DNA from: an uncultured bacterium
GTDB lineage: Bacteria; Acidobacteriota; HRBIN11; JAKEFK01
Length of the DNA: 64,000 bases
Direction: 5' to 3'
Assembly (NCBI GenBank): GCA_963777505.1
Contig: CAVZQN010000004.1
Coordinates: 896,001 to 960,000 of the forward strand
Shown here: in pieces, positions 43,054 to 53,058 of the stretch
Position numbering within the stretch: the first letter of the stretch is position 1
How the letters are laid out: each line of letters begins with the position of its first letter
The notes under the pieces: model-generated
The model's database searches: none
The model's input: only the letters and a program-made list of their open reading frames with translations
Told to the model about the DNA's origin: nothing
Translations under genes and position numbers: made by a program

Positions 43054-45310
43054 ATGAAACGTATCGCGATTACAATTTTTATTCTGATTGCATGCCTTAG
43101 TTTTTTTGCGCCTCAAAATTTTGCTAAGCCCGAAACCGCAACCGTAGCAGACACATCAATTGAAGAAAAAGTTAATGCGATTGTGTCAAAAATGACAATA
43201 GAGGAAAAACTCGGGCAGCTAAATCAACTGGCAGGAGGTGGTGAGTGGAATACGGAAAGAACTTCCATCGGAATTTCAAAGGAACAAGTTGAACTTCTGC
43301 GGAAGGGTCTGGTTGGTTCATTTCTGAGTGTTGCTGGTACTGAAACCTTGAAAGAAATCCAGCGGATTGCAATTGAAGAATCAAGATTGAAAATTCCCGT
43401 GATGTTTGCATTCGATGTGATTCATGGTTACAGAACGATTTTTCCGATCCCTCTTGCGGAGTCGTGCACCTGGGAGCCTGAATTATTGCAGCAGGCCGCA
43501 CGCGTTGCCGCACTTGAAGCATCCGCATCCGGATTGCATTGGACATTTGCTCCGATGGTTGATATTGCTCGCGATCCAAGATGGGGGCGGATCCTGGAAG
43601 GATCGGGTGAAGATCCTTATTTAGGATCTGTCATTGCAGCAGCGCGTGTAAAAGGTTTTCAAGGTGAGCGGCTCGATCAGCAGGGATCTATGTTGGCATG
43701 TGCAAAACATTTTGCTGGCCTACGGCGCAGCGGAAGCAGGACGCGATTATAACACTGTGGATATTTCCGAACGCACCTTATGGGAAATTTATTTACCTCC
43801 ATTTAAAGCTGCTGTTGATGCAGGTGTAGGAAGTTTTATGACTTCGTTTAACGAAATCGCTGGAGTTCCAAGCACATCAAACAAAACGTTGCTAACCACA
43901 ATCCTTCGCGATAAATGGAAATTTGATGGCCTTGTTGTGAGCGACTGGACTGCAGTGAAGGAACTAATGCAACACGGGGTTGCAGCAACAGGCGAGGAGG
44001 CAGGCCTTCTTGCACTGAATGCGGGCACTGATATTGATATGGTTAGCGAAATTTATGTAAAGGATTTGCCCGCATTGGTTCGTGCGAACCGGATTTCGAA
44101 TGCAATTGTTGACGAAGCGGTGCGTAGAGTGTTGCGCGCAAAATTCAGACTCGGCTTATTTGATAAACCCTATCAAAATGCCGATCTACATCGCGCGAAA
44201 CAATTGATCCTTCATCCTGACCACAGACAGCTCGCGCGTAAAGTTGCTCAAAAATCAATAGTGTTGCTGAAAAATCAAAATGCGCTTCTCCCATTGAGCA
44301 AAACTACAAAAACGATTGCGTTAATCGGTCCGTTGGCTGACAACAAAAAAGATTTGTTAGGCGGATGGGCCGCATTAGGAAAGCCTGATGATGTTGTTAC
44401 TGTTCTGGAAGGCATCCGCAAAAAGATTTCACCACAAACCAAAATTGAATACACAAAAGGATGCGATTTTCAGGGTGAGTGCGGTTCTTCGCTTTCGGAA
44501 GCAGAACAGCTTGCATCGCATTCCGATGTTGTAATCATCGTTGCTGGAGAAAATTCAGACATGAGTGCTGAAGCTGCGAGCCGATCTATGATCGATTTGC
44601 CTGGAAATCAAGAGCAACTGATTCGCGCGATTCACAAAACTGGAAAGCCGGTAATTGTCGTTTTAATGAATGGACGTCCCTTAACAATCCCGTGGATAGC
44701 AGAAAATATTCCGGCGATTCTTGAAACCTGGTTTTTAGGGGTTGAAGCAGGGAACGCAATTGCAGATGTTCTGTTCGGTGATGTGAACCCATCCGGAAAA
44801 CTGACTGCAACATTCCCGCGGAACGTCGGTCAAATTCCAATTTATTACAATCACAAAAATACAGGCCGTCCGTTATCAGAAGAGAAATACACATCAAAAT
44901 ATATTGATGTTCCTAACACGCCGCAGTATCCATTTGGATTTGGCTTAAGTTACACAACTTTTGAGTATCAAAATCTTCAGGTGAATCCAAAACAGATCAG
45001 CAGTAACCAAACTGTCTCAGTCACAGTTGATGTTAGGAACACGGGGAAGCGAGCAGGTGATGAGACTGTGCAGTTATATATTCAGGATAAAGTTGCTAAC
45101 GTAACTCGGCCGGTTAAAGAATTAAAAGCGTTCAAAAAAATTACTCTGACTCCCGAAGAGAAAACAACTGTTACATTCACCATTACACTGGAACAGCTTG
45201 CTTTTTATAATCTGGAAATGAAGCGTGTTACAGAACCAGGAATGTTCCGGGTATTTGTTGGTGGAAATTCACGGGAAGTTCTCAATGCGGAGTTCGAACT
45301 AAAGAACTAA
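43054..45310 (+). CDS. bglX: GH3 beta-glucosidase (BglX-like), interrupted by one extra base near 43717-43720
   Basis: MTIEEKLGQL, DVIHG, RDPRWGR, KHF, VVSDW, FGFGLSYT, FN3-like C-terminus. Removing one base gives KHFA(A/G)YGAAEAGRDYN. Confidence 0.88.
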
Positions 45311-45346
45311 GGCCAGAGGGGCAGAGGAGCCGAGGAGCAGAGGGGA
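45311..45346 (+). repeat. Purine-rich 8-mer tandem repeat, family F
   Basis: ggccagaggggcagaggagccgaggagcagagggg fills the whole gap between two convergent stop codons. Confidence 0.6.
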
Positions 45347-46045
45347 TTAAAAAACTTTCGGGATGAAGCCAGGAACGCGCTTTCGATAATCCAGATATTC
45401 TTGTCCGAAGTTTTTGACTAAATCACGTTCTTCAAAGTATGTGCCTAATAGCGCATAGATCGTGAACAAAGCATTCCATTGCAAACGCGATAAGGTCATT
45501 GATTCATGGGACCACATTGCAATGATCAACAACGATGTAAGCGGATGCCTGATCCGTCCGTAAAGACCGCTGGTTTGTAAGCCTTTGTCAGGCAATTCTA
45601 CTTTTTTCCAAAGTGCGTAGCCTTGCTTCAATCCAAACATTGAATTGTGGTTCAAGTTTCTTATTGCAAGCAGGATTAAGGTAATTGCAAAATAAAATGC
45701 CAGATCAAATGGCAATGATGTTTGGAATCGGTATAAGAAAGGTCCAAAGCGCTGCCATCCAAAAATGATAATCAACATTGCAATGCCTGAAGTTGCAACA
45801 TAAATCGGCCGTTCAAGTAGTGGAGGGCCCAGCTTCTGGATTTTTTCTTTTATGGATGTTCGTGCCAAAACAGAATGTTGAATCGGGAAAATCATAAACA
45901 ATGCTGTATTTGAAATCACCGCTTGCCAGGAAAAAGGCGCAACAGTCTGATCAATTCCAAACTGAATAAACCAGAAGAATAAAACCATCGAGCCGACGCC
46001 GGCGACATAACAAAGTATAGATACAATAAAATAAATCACGCGCAT
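45347..46045 (-). CDS. Isoprenylcysteine carboxylmethyltransferase/NnrU/MddA-like membrane methyltransferase
   Basis: QHSVLAR, ERPIYV, GLYGRIRHP, FEERDLV..FG..Y..Y...VP. Confidence 0.75.
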   Translation of the reverse strand: MRVIYFIVSILCYVAGVGSMVLFFWFIQFGIDQTVAPFSWQAVISNTALFMIFPIQHSVLARTSIKEKIQKLGPPLLERPIYVATSGIAMLIIIFGWQRFGPFLYRFQTSLPFDLAFYFAITLILLAIRNLNHNSMFGLKQGYALWKKVELPDKGLQTSGLYGRIRHPLTSLLIIAMWSHESMTLSRLQWNALFTIYALLGTYFEERDLVKNFGQEYLDYRKRVPGFIPKVF

Positions 46046-46088
46046 GATTTTACTTTAATTCTTTGCGGCTTTGTGGTTTATAAATCTT

Positions 46089-46937
46089 ATGAAGATAGTG
46101 ATTTTGGTCATCATAATAAGTGCAATCTTTTTATTGATCTATCGCTTGCTTAAGCGATATAGACGATGGATTCAAAAGATTTCAGCTTGCGGATTTTCTA
46201 ATCCGCCGAATCCCAAATCTTTTGCCTTCGCGGTTTGGCTCGTTCGAATCCTGACATTTATTCAAGTTGGTGAAGTTCGAGTGATCGGCCGGGAAAATTT
46301 AAAGAAGCAGGATCCGGTCATCATATGCCCGAATCATCCACATTACATCGACGCAGCCATCGTTCCAATTTTAATGGAGAGACAGGGACGATATATGCTT
46401 GATGAAGATGTCTTACGTTTTGGCTTCGGATTGGGAGCTCTTATTTGTGTACCCGCCGGCGGATTCCCCGTGCGCGATGGAACTCGCGGCAGCAATTTGC
46501 ACGCATGCGAGGCAGGAGCTCAATATCTCGCTTCCGGCTACACGCTATTGATTTTTCCTGAAGGCCACACAAATTTTAGTTTGAAAATGCAGCCTTTAAA
46601 AAAAGGTGCAATTCGCATCGCAAGATTGGCTGAGAACAAACTTGGAAGGCCGGTGTTTATTGTGCCGGCTCATATACGTTACGGACGATATCCTTCCGGA
46701 TGGATTCGAAAAATAAAGCCTCCATTACAATACTTTATTGTTTTTCTAGGATTTTTTTATTTCCGGCGCGGCGCAACCGTAATCTTTGGTGAACCTATAT
46801 CAACTTCTGATCTTCCAGCATCAGAAAAGTTAGCCTGCAATTTCCTGGCTGAAAAGATTCAGTCGTTGGATACAGGCGAACGGAGTTACGGAGTCGATAA
46901 AGGAATATACGATAGCTTTGCGTTAACCAAGCTATAA
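46089..46937 (+). CDS. Lysophospholipid acyltransferase family protein
   Basis: N-terminal TM segment, PNHPHYID, IFPEG, KKGAIRIA, IVP. Confidence 0.8.
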   Translation: MKIVILVIIISAIFLLIYRLLKRYRRWIQKISACGFSNPPNPKSFAFAVWLVRILTFIQVGEVRVIGRENLKKQDPVIICPNHPHYIDAAIVPILMERQGRYMLDEDVLRFGFGLGALICVPAGGFPVRDGTRGSNLHACEAGAQYLASGYTLLIFPEGHTNFSLKMQPLKKGAIRIARLAENKLGRPVFIVPAHIRYGRYPSGWIRKIKPPLQYFIVFLGFFYFRRGATVIFGEPISTSDLPASEKLACNFLAEKIQSLDTGERSYGVDKGIYDSFALTKL

Positions 46938-47875
46938 GGGAATGCTTTATCCACAGCTTTCATTGATACTTCTAAAGACTCAGCAGTACCCGTTGCATTA
47001 ATCGTTGTAAATGGAAAACTTTGCGGCACAATCTGTCCGTTCGGTTGAACCCTTACCGTAAAACTTTCAGTCCATAAGACCTGTCCGTTTTTTGCATTTT
47101 TATGCTTAACCGTTGCACTTAATGTTGCTGGGATCGGTTCCGGATCAAAAGGCGTAATTTTCCCTTGAATTTTTACTGTGCCATTTAATTGAAATCCCGG
47201 CTGACCTTGAACTTTCAGAATGTAAGGTCCAAATGACTCTCCTTTCAATCTGTCTTCAATGTAATTCACATATGTGTAAACGATTTGCGGCCCAGCGGTT
47301 GGCGCTAAAGTTTCTTCTAATGATTCAGAATTTGCCAATGCTCCCAGAGTATGTGTTGCATTGAAAAGGATGCGTCCAGCGGGAAGCGGCTTGTCAACAG
47401 GGATAACGGTTATGTTCAGAACGTCTCTGACACTAAAGACCTGAAAATCCGTAACAGGAAGATTCTGCAAAAGAATATTCCCATCACTTTGAACGTTGAC
47501 ATCGTAAGAACTGGATGAAAGGGTTGCACCACCAGGATTGTTATGTTTTACAACAAGCCTGAGTTTCGTAGGTAAAGCTGCGCCCGCAGTTTGTGGCGTG
47601 ATTTTCCCTTTCACAATCAATCTTCCGATTAACAATATGGTTTGTGTTTCTTCATTAATTGATTGTGCAGAAATACCAAAGGCTACTTTGCCAATTCCAG
47701 TAGCTTTCACTGGAGCGGAGTATACAATTTGCGCTTTGCCGTTAGCCGCTAATTTGTAGGCTCTTTGCGCCCAGCGTTTCACTGATGAATAAGTTGACGA
47801 TTTTGAAAAACCTAACCAGAACAGTGACAGCAGAATTACAGTAACTGTGAGAAATTTACGATGTTTGAGAAACAT
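46886..47875 (-). CDS. Hypothetical exported protein with two tandem homologous beta-rich domains
   Basis: Signal-like N-terminus from ATG 47875. Repeated QIVY...GKITP...P..L...VKH.N...V.VQ..G.I..Q..P...VDK..P pattern. Confidence 0.7.
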   Translation of the reverse strand: MFLKHRKFLTVTVILLSLFWLGFSKSSTYSSVKRWAQRAYKLAANGKAQIVYSAPVKATGIGKVAFGISAQSINEETQTILLIGRLIVKGKITPQTAGAALPTKLRLVVKHNNPGGATLSSSSYDVNVQSDGNILLQNLPVTDFQVFSVRDVLNITVIPVDKPLPAGRILFNATHTLGALANSESLEETLAPTAGPQIVYTYVNYIEDRLKGESFGPYILKVQGQPGFQLNGTVKIQGKITPFDPEPIPATLSATVKHKNAKNGQVLWTESFTVRVQPNGQIVPQSFPFTTINATGTAESLEVSMKAVDKAFPYSLVNAKLSYIPLSTP

Positions 47876-48059
47876 GCAGTAAGCCTCCGAAAAGGATAGG
47901 TGGGAAGGAAACCTCTTCACCCTCGCGGAAATTATAGCACCGAAGAGGTAAATAGAATCCGTTGATTTTTTCGAATACCAATTGAGGAGAGCTTTGCGGT
48001 GACAGGGGCGATTACTTATGTTAAGATGATGGCCTTTAAGTCCGAGGAACACTCTCTCC

Positions 48060-48572
48060 ATGTCCAAAGAACAAAATTCCTTTGATATCGTCTCAAAAAT
48101 TGAAACGCAGGAAGTGAATAATGCTGTCCAGCAGGCAATGAAAGAAATTGCTCAGCGGTTTGATTTTAAAGGCAGCAAAAGCAACATCACATTCGATGGT
48201 AAAGAAGAACTCGTTATTATTTCCGACAATGAGCAAAAATTGAAGAGCGTTGTCGATATTTTGAAGGAAAAGCTCGTAAAGAGAAAAGTTCCATTGAATG
48301 GGATTATTTATGAAAAATTTCAACCAGCTGCGGGGGATACAGTTCGTCAAGTCGCCAAACTTCAGCAAGGAATTCCTTCAGAAAAAGCAAAAGAAATCGT
48401 AAAAATCATAAAAAACAGTAAGCTGAGAAAAGTTCAGGCAAGTATTCAAGCGGATCAGGTTCGAATCACAAGCGCTAGCAGAGACGAATTGCAGGAAGTG
48501 ATTAAGATGCTTAGAGAGAGCGAAGCGAGTCTCGGGATTCCGCTGCAATATACGAATTACAGGTCGAATTAG
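48060..48572 (+). CDS. yajQ: YajQ family nucleotide/c-di-GMP-binding protein
   Basis: SFDIVS, EVNNAV, RFDFKGS, QGI, KVQASIQ..QVRI, RDELQ, NYR. Confidence 0.93.
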   Translation: MSKEQNSFDIVSKIETQEVNNAVQQAMKEIAQRFDFKGSKSNITFDGKEELVIISDNEQKLKSVVDILKEKLVKRKVPLNGIIYEKFQPAAGDTVRQVAKLQQGIPSEKAKEIVKIIKNSKLRKVQASIQADQVRITSASRDELQEVIKMLRESEASLGIPLQYTNYRSN

Positions 48573-48614
48573 TCACCGCGAAGACACTTTGTGACTTTGT
48601 GGTAAATAACAATC

Positions 48615-49622
48615 ATGATTAAGCAACTACCACAGGAAATGTCGTTTTTTTCGCCGGCTCTTACCACGCATATTGAGGAAAAATTAGGATCCGTTGAATT
48701 GGAGCTCGAAAAGTATATGAACTCCGAAATCGACATTATTTCCCGCATGGGACAGTATATTTTTCAAAGCGGGGGGAAGAGGATTCGTCCACTTGTCTTA
48801 ATCCTTAGTTCGAGAATTGCTGGCTATAAAGGCGATTACGATATTCTATTTGCTTCGATTGTGGAGTTCGTTCACACGGCTACTTTAATTCACGATGACA
48901 TCATCGATGAAGCAACACAACGCCGCGGCCAGGCATCAGTAAATTCCAAATGGGGCAACAGCCTGACCGTCTTAATGGGTGATTATCTTTACATTAAAGC
49001 GATGTCGCTTGCGCTAACACGTGAGAATATGCGCATTCTTCGTCTGATTTCGGATATTACTCTGCGGATGCTTGAAGGCGAAATGATTAGTCTTGAACGG
49101 GATGGTGATATTGAAGTCTCCGAACTGGATCATCTAAATCTAATACGCCGCAAAACTGCGTATCTGTTTTCTGGATGCGCTCAAATTGGCGGAATTCTAG
49201 GCCGCGTCACACATCAACAAGAAGCAGCATTACAAAATTTCGGACTCAATCTCGGAATGGCCTTTCAACTAATTGATGACTTGCTCGATTTTACTTCGAC
49301 TGAACACATTCTTGGAAAACCTGTAGGGCACGACTTGAAAGAAGGAAAAATCACGCTTCCTTTGATTTACTTGCTTGAACGTGCCGACGGAAATCAAGAT
49401 GTTCAAAACATCCGTACAGCTCTGATACAGAAAAAATACGATACTCTTACCCGCGAACAATTGATGGGTCATATGGTTCGCGTAAACGCGTTCTCTGATG
49501 CCGAACAAAAAGCTAAACACTTTGCTGCCCTGGCAAAAGAGGATCTATCAGTCTTTGAATCCTCCGATGCAAAGACTGCCATGCTGGATCTTCTCGATTT
49601 TGTTATTCAGCGTAGCTGGTAA
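48615..49622 (+). CDS. Long-chain polyprenyl diphosphate synthase (IspB/HepT-like)
   Basis: GGKRIRP, HTATLIHDDIID..RRG, FQLIDDLLD, GKPVGHDLKEGKITLP. Confidence 0.9.
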   Translation: MIKQLPQEMSFFSPALTTHIEEKLGSVELELEKYMNSEIDIISRMGQYIFQSGGKRIRPLVLILSSRIAGYKGDYDILFASIVEFVHTATLIHDDIIDEATQRRGQASVNSKWGNSLTVLMGDYLYIKAMSLALTRENMRILRLISDITLRMLEGEMISLERDGDIEVSELDHLNLIRRKTAYLFSGCAQIGGILGRVTHQQEAALQNFGLNLGMAFQLIDDLLDFTSTEHILGKPVGHDLKEGKITLPLIYLLERADGNQDVQNIRTALIQKKYDTLTREQLMGHMVRVNAFSDAEQKAKHFAALAKEDLSVFESSDAKTAMLDLLDFVIQRSW

Positions 49623-49646
49623 CAGTCTTATAATCGGCGCGACTCC

Positions 49647-50411
49647 ATGAAAGCCTGGTTCACTTCAGCCTGGCGAATTTTCAAGAATATTCTCGGTTTC
49701 TTTCTCATCTTCTGGTTTGCTTTTACGATTTATTGCCTGTTCTCAGTTCCAGAACTCTGTACACTGAAGACAAAGAATCCCAAAACGACTGCATTTCAGG
49801 AACTTCGCAAAAAACAATGGGAAGCGAAAAAAAAGAAACGCAAAATTGTTCAATACTGGGTTCCGCTTTCTAAAATTTCTAGAAATCTAAGAAATGCGGT
49901 TCTGGTTGCTGAAGATCCTAATTTTTACAAACATGGCGGACTCGACTTTTATCAAATCAAACTTGCATTTGAAGAAAATTGGGAGGAGAAAAGCATTGTT
50001 CGTGGCGCGAGCACAATTACACAGCAACTAATTAAGAATCTCTATTTATCGCCTTCCCAAAATCCGTTGCGCAAATGGAAGGAAGCCATTCTGGCGCTCC
50101 GTATCGAACGTTGTGTTTCAAAAGATAGATTGTTTGAAACGTATTTGAACGTGATTGAGTGGGGCGAATCAACGTATGGAGCTGAAGCCGCCTCGCGCAG
50201 ATACTTTGGGAAATCTACCTCAACCTTGACGCCTGCGGAATCGGCGTTACTTGCAGCGATGATTCCGAATCCAATTGCTCGAAATCCTTACAAGTGGAAT
50301 CCAAAGCTTCACCGGAAGAAAAACATTATATTGAAGCTGATGCGGCAGTCAGGCAAAATTACAAGATCTGAATATGATGCCGCCGTGAATGAAAAGATTG
50401 GATTGCGTTAG
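49647..50411 (+). CDS. mtgA: Monofunctional peptidoglycan glycosyltransferase
   Basis: AEDPNFYKHGG, RGASTITQQLIKN, RKWKE, YLNVIEWG, GAEAASRRYF. Confidence 0.92.
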   Translation: MKAWFTSAWRIFKNILGFFLIFWFAFTIYCLFSVPELCTLKTKNPKTTAFQELRKKQWEAKKKKRKIVQYWVPLSKISRNLRNAVLVAEDPNFYKHGGLDFYQIKLAFEENWEEKSIVRGASTITQQLIKNLYLSPSQNPLRKWKEAILALRIERCVSKDRLFETYLNVIEWGESTYGAEAASRRYFGKSTSTLTPAESALLAAMIPNPIARNPYKWNPKLHRKKNIILKLMRQSGKITRSEYDAAVNEKIGLR

Positions 50412-50415
50412 GAAG

Positions 50416-50465
50416 GCGGACCAGAGGTCCGCGGTCCCCGAGGCGGACGGGACGTCTGCGGTCCC
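50416..50465 (-). repeat. REP family B tandem doublet
   Basis: GCGGACCAGAGGTCCGCGGTCCC + GCGGACGGGACGTCTGCGGTCCC. Matches the units flanking the RAYT. Confidence 0.85.
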
Positions 50466-50510
50466 TTTAGTCTCCAGTGCTATAATTTCATGTTTTGGTA
50501 GGTAAGATTC

Positions 50511-51152
50511 ATGTCAAAAGACAATCTCGTGTTTGGTTTGGGTGGAGTTGTACTCGGAATCATTGTTGGTGTTTTGATTGCAAACTTTAGCGGAAGCTCG
50601 AGAAATCAGAGCGGGTTTGCTCAAAATATGACACCGGCGCAACAAGCTCCGCAAATGCAGTCTCAGGGACAACAAATCCCTGCTCAAGGGGAATTGCCGG
50701 AAGGTCATCCGGCTATCGATGAAAATGCCTTGCGTGAACAGCTTGTAAAACAAGAAGAGATTTTGAAAACGAAACCAGGCGATCAAGATGCGCTTGTTTC
50801 GGCAGCAAACTTAAATTTCGATTTGAAGAATTATGAAAAGGCTGCAGAGCTTTATGATCGGGCTGTTAAGAACGATCCAAACAATGTGAATTTGATTACA
50901 GACTTGGGAAGCAGCTGGTTATGGATGAATCAACCGGTGAAGGCGATTGAGTATTATGATCGTTCTTTGAAGCTTGATCCAAATCATTTTCAAACATTGA
51001 TGAATCTTGGAATTGCACGTATGAGTTCAGGCAATCGGCCTGGTGCAGCTGAAGCCTGGGAGAAACTCGTTTCTGTTTATCCGGATCACCCAGAAGCTCA
51101 GATGCTGCGTGATGCGATTAAACGTTTAAGGGAGAAACCATCAGGATCATGA
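50511..51152 (+). CDS. Membrane-anchored TPR protein with LPEGHP motif
   Basis: N-terminal TM, Q/P-rich linker, LPEGHP, about three TPR repeats. Confidence 0.8.
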   Translation: MSKDNLVFGLGGVVLGIIVGVLIANFSGSSRNQSGFAQNMTPAQQAPQMQSQGQQIPAQGELPEGHPAIDENALREQLVKQEEILKTKPGDQDALVSAANLNFDLKNYEKAAELYDRAVKNDPNNVNLITDLGSSWLWMNQPVKAIEYYDRSLKLDPNHFQTLMNLGIARMSSGNRPGAAEAWEKLVSVYPDHPEAQMLRDAIKRLREKPSGS

Positions 51153-51925
51153 GCAGCTTTGATGAAGAAAAAATCAGACGCGATATAGTTGAAGTAGGGC
51201 GCCGCATGTACGCTCGTGCACTCATAGCTGGTGGTGACGGCAACATCAGCGTTTTGCGGGAAGATGGCTTGATCATGGCCACACCGACAGGTATGAGCAA
51301 AGGTTTCTTAGAAGCCGACGATATTGTTGTAACGGATCGCAACGGCAAAAAAGTAAAAGGAAAGCGTGAGCCCTCAACCGAGTTGTTGATGCATCTTGTG
51401 TGTTATAAGAATCGTCCGGATGTTCGTGCCGTAGTCCATGCTCATCCCCAAACATGTACCGGTTTTGCCGTAGCAGGCATACCACTGGATAAAGCGCTTC
51501 TTGCCGAAGTAGTTGTTACGTTTGGTTGTATTCCCATAGCGCCTTACGGTACTCCGTCAACGGAAGAATTGGCGACCAGTATTGATGATTACATCAAGAA
51601 ACATGATGCGCTTTTGCTGGCTAATCATGGAGCCCTTACGGTAGGCCATGAACTTTATGCGACTTATTTCAAAATGGAAACGTTGGAACATTTTGCCAAA
51701 ATAAATCTTGTTGCACGGATGTTAGGTCAAGAAAATATCTTGCCCGCAAACGAAGTTGCAAAACTAGCAGCTCTTCGCTCTCGTTACGGCTTGACAGGCC
51801 CCGATCCTTTTGCGGAGGGTTGTCCCATTCCGTTGGAGACTTCAGGCACGGGTGAAGAGCGAATCACACTGACACGGTCCCAGCTTATTTCTCTCATCTC
51901 TGAAGCCATAAAAGCCCTGAATTAA
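51149..51925 (+). CDS. Class II aldolase/adducin family (FucA-like)
   Basis: DGNIS, TPTG.SK, PSTE, AVVHAHP, LLANHG. Extra C-terminal amphipathic helix. Confidence 0.88.
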   Translation: MSSFDEEKIRRDIVEVGRRMYARALIAGGDGNISVLREDGLIMATPTGMSKGFLEADDIVVTDRNGKKVKGKREPSTELLMHLVCYKNRPDVRAVVHAHPQTCTGFAVAGIPLDKALLAEVVVTFGCIPIAPYGTPSTEELATSIDDYIKKHDALLLANHGALTVGHELYATYFKMETLEHFAKINLVARMLGQENILPANEVAKLAALRSRYGLTGPDPFAEGCPIPLETSGTGEERITLTRSQLISLISEAIKALN

Positions 51926-52000
51926 GACGATTCTCCTCGTGAAACCTTTCGTGCATTCCTGAAAAAATTGTTGTATTCTTTTTTGATGAGGTGGTCGTCT

Positions 52001-52609
52001 ATGAAAAAGTTGTTTCAACTGGCGGTTTTAGCCATTTTTCTAATTACAGGATCACTGGTCTACAGCCAGCAAACTCAAACTCAACCACAGACTTCTGAGG
52101 CATCTACAGATTCTCCGCTCATGGAAGCCGCGAAAAAAGAAAGAGAGCGACGCGAAAAATCAAAGGACGTTGGAAAACCGGTCAAATCATTTACGAACCA
52201 GGATATTGAAGAGTTCAAAATCAAAAATAAGGACTATGAATCATCATCCGCCGAAAGTGAACCGGTCGAAGAGGTAACTGATCCTTCAACAACTCCAGAA
52301 TCAACGACACCTGATCCTGCTCAAGATGAAGAGCAGTGGAGAAAACGGTCTCGAGACCTGGCGGAACGTACGAAAAATGCCGAAGAAAAACTTGAAAAAT
52401 TACAATCCGATGTAAACGCTTTAACACAAGCTTTTTATGCTGAATCGGATGGTGTTGCTCAGCGCGGACAAATAGACGCTGAAAGAACAGCCCGTTTAAA
52501 TGAACTTGAAGCCACAAAAAAAGAATTAGAATCCTCCAGGCAAGCACAGGAAGATTTGCGCGATGAAGCACGAAGAGCCGGCGCACTCCCTGGTTGGATC
52601 GAAGATTAA
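52001..52609 (+). CDS. Hypothetical secreted coiled-coil protein
   Basis: Signal peptide MKKLFQLAVLAIFL...VYS, FTNQDI motif, long coiled coil, ends EARRAGALPGW. Confidence 0.7.
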   Translation: MKKLFQLAVLAIFLITGSLVYSQQTQTQPQTSEASTDSPLMEAAKKERERREKSKDVGKPVKSFTNQDIEEFKIKNKDYESSSAESEPVEEVTDPSTTPESTTPDPAQDEEQWRKRSRDLAERTKNAEEKLEKLQSDVNALTQAFYAESDGVAQRGQIDAERTARLNELEATKKELESSRQAQEDLRDEARRAGALPGWIED

Positions 52610-52691
52610 ATAAATTCGGCACACTTTGTTTTTTTTGTGCTGATTTCGGACTTGATTTTAGGACTAAAACTGAGTAGATTTGATATTGAAG

Positions 52692-52775
52692 ATTTTGGCG
52701 AAATCTAGGGCAGGCTTTGAGGCCAAAACTCATGCGCTAGGTCGCACGAAGGTGCTAATGGTTTTGCCAAAATCT
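52692..52775. ncRNA. Candidate structured RNA (three-way junction), family unknown
   Basis: Closing stem AAGATTTTGGCGAAATC / GGTTTTGCCAAAATCTT encloses CTAGGGCA..TGAG-GCCAAAA-CTCA..TGCGCTAG and GCAC-GAAG-GTGC hairpins. Confidence 0.35.
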
Positions 52776-52803
52776 TTTTCTATTTTAGCCTTCATTATTT
52801 CTC

Positions 52804-53040
52804 ATGACCCGCAATAAGAAACCACTTCCTCCATCTCCTTTCGGAGATCTAGATGCTTTTGCTAATGACATGAATTTCGATTCAATCGAAGAAAAAATTC
52901 GCGGCGATGAACTTCTTCAGAACGAAAATCTAAAGAAAATAAAAGAAGAGCGAGATGTCAAAAAGAAAATAGACGAAATTGAAGTCGATAAACGATTGGC
53001 TGAACTGAAAAAGAAAATCAAGCCTAAGACTCAGCGCTGA
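52804..53040 (+). CDS. Small charged helical hypothetical protein
   Basis: 78-aa non-overlapping ORF filling the gap. C-terminal EVDKRLAELKKK resembles PspA-type terminal helices. Confidence 0.55.
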   Translation: MTRNKKPLPPSPFGDLDAFANDMNFDSIEEKIRGDELLQNENLKKIKEERDVKKKIDEIEVDKRLAELKKKIKPKTQR

Positions 53041-53058
53041 GATCCAAAAACAGTGATC

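Noticed and set aside
52221-52733. 170-aa antisense ORF (also 34856..35332 and 61168..61671)
   Set aside because: Antisense to better-supported genes, with no recognisable motifs.
52692-52775. HDV-like ribozyme, glycine or c-di-GMP riboswitch, or retron ncRNA
   Set aside because: Only short fragments resemble these (GCTAATGG, CGAAGG). Core consensus elements are missing and no reverse transcriptase is nearby.
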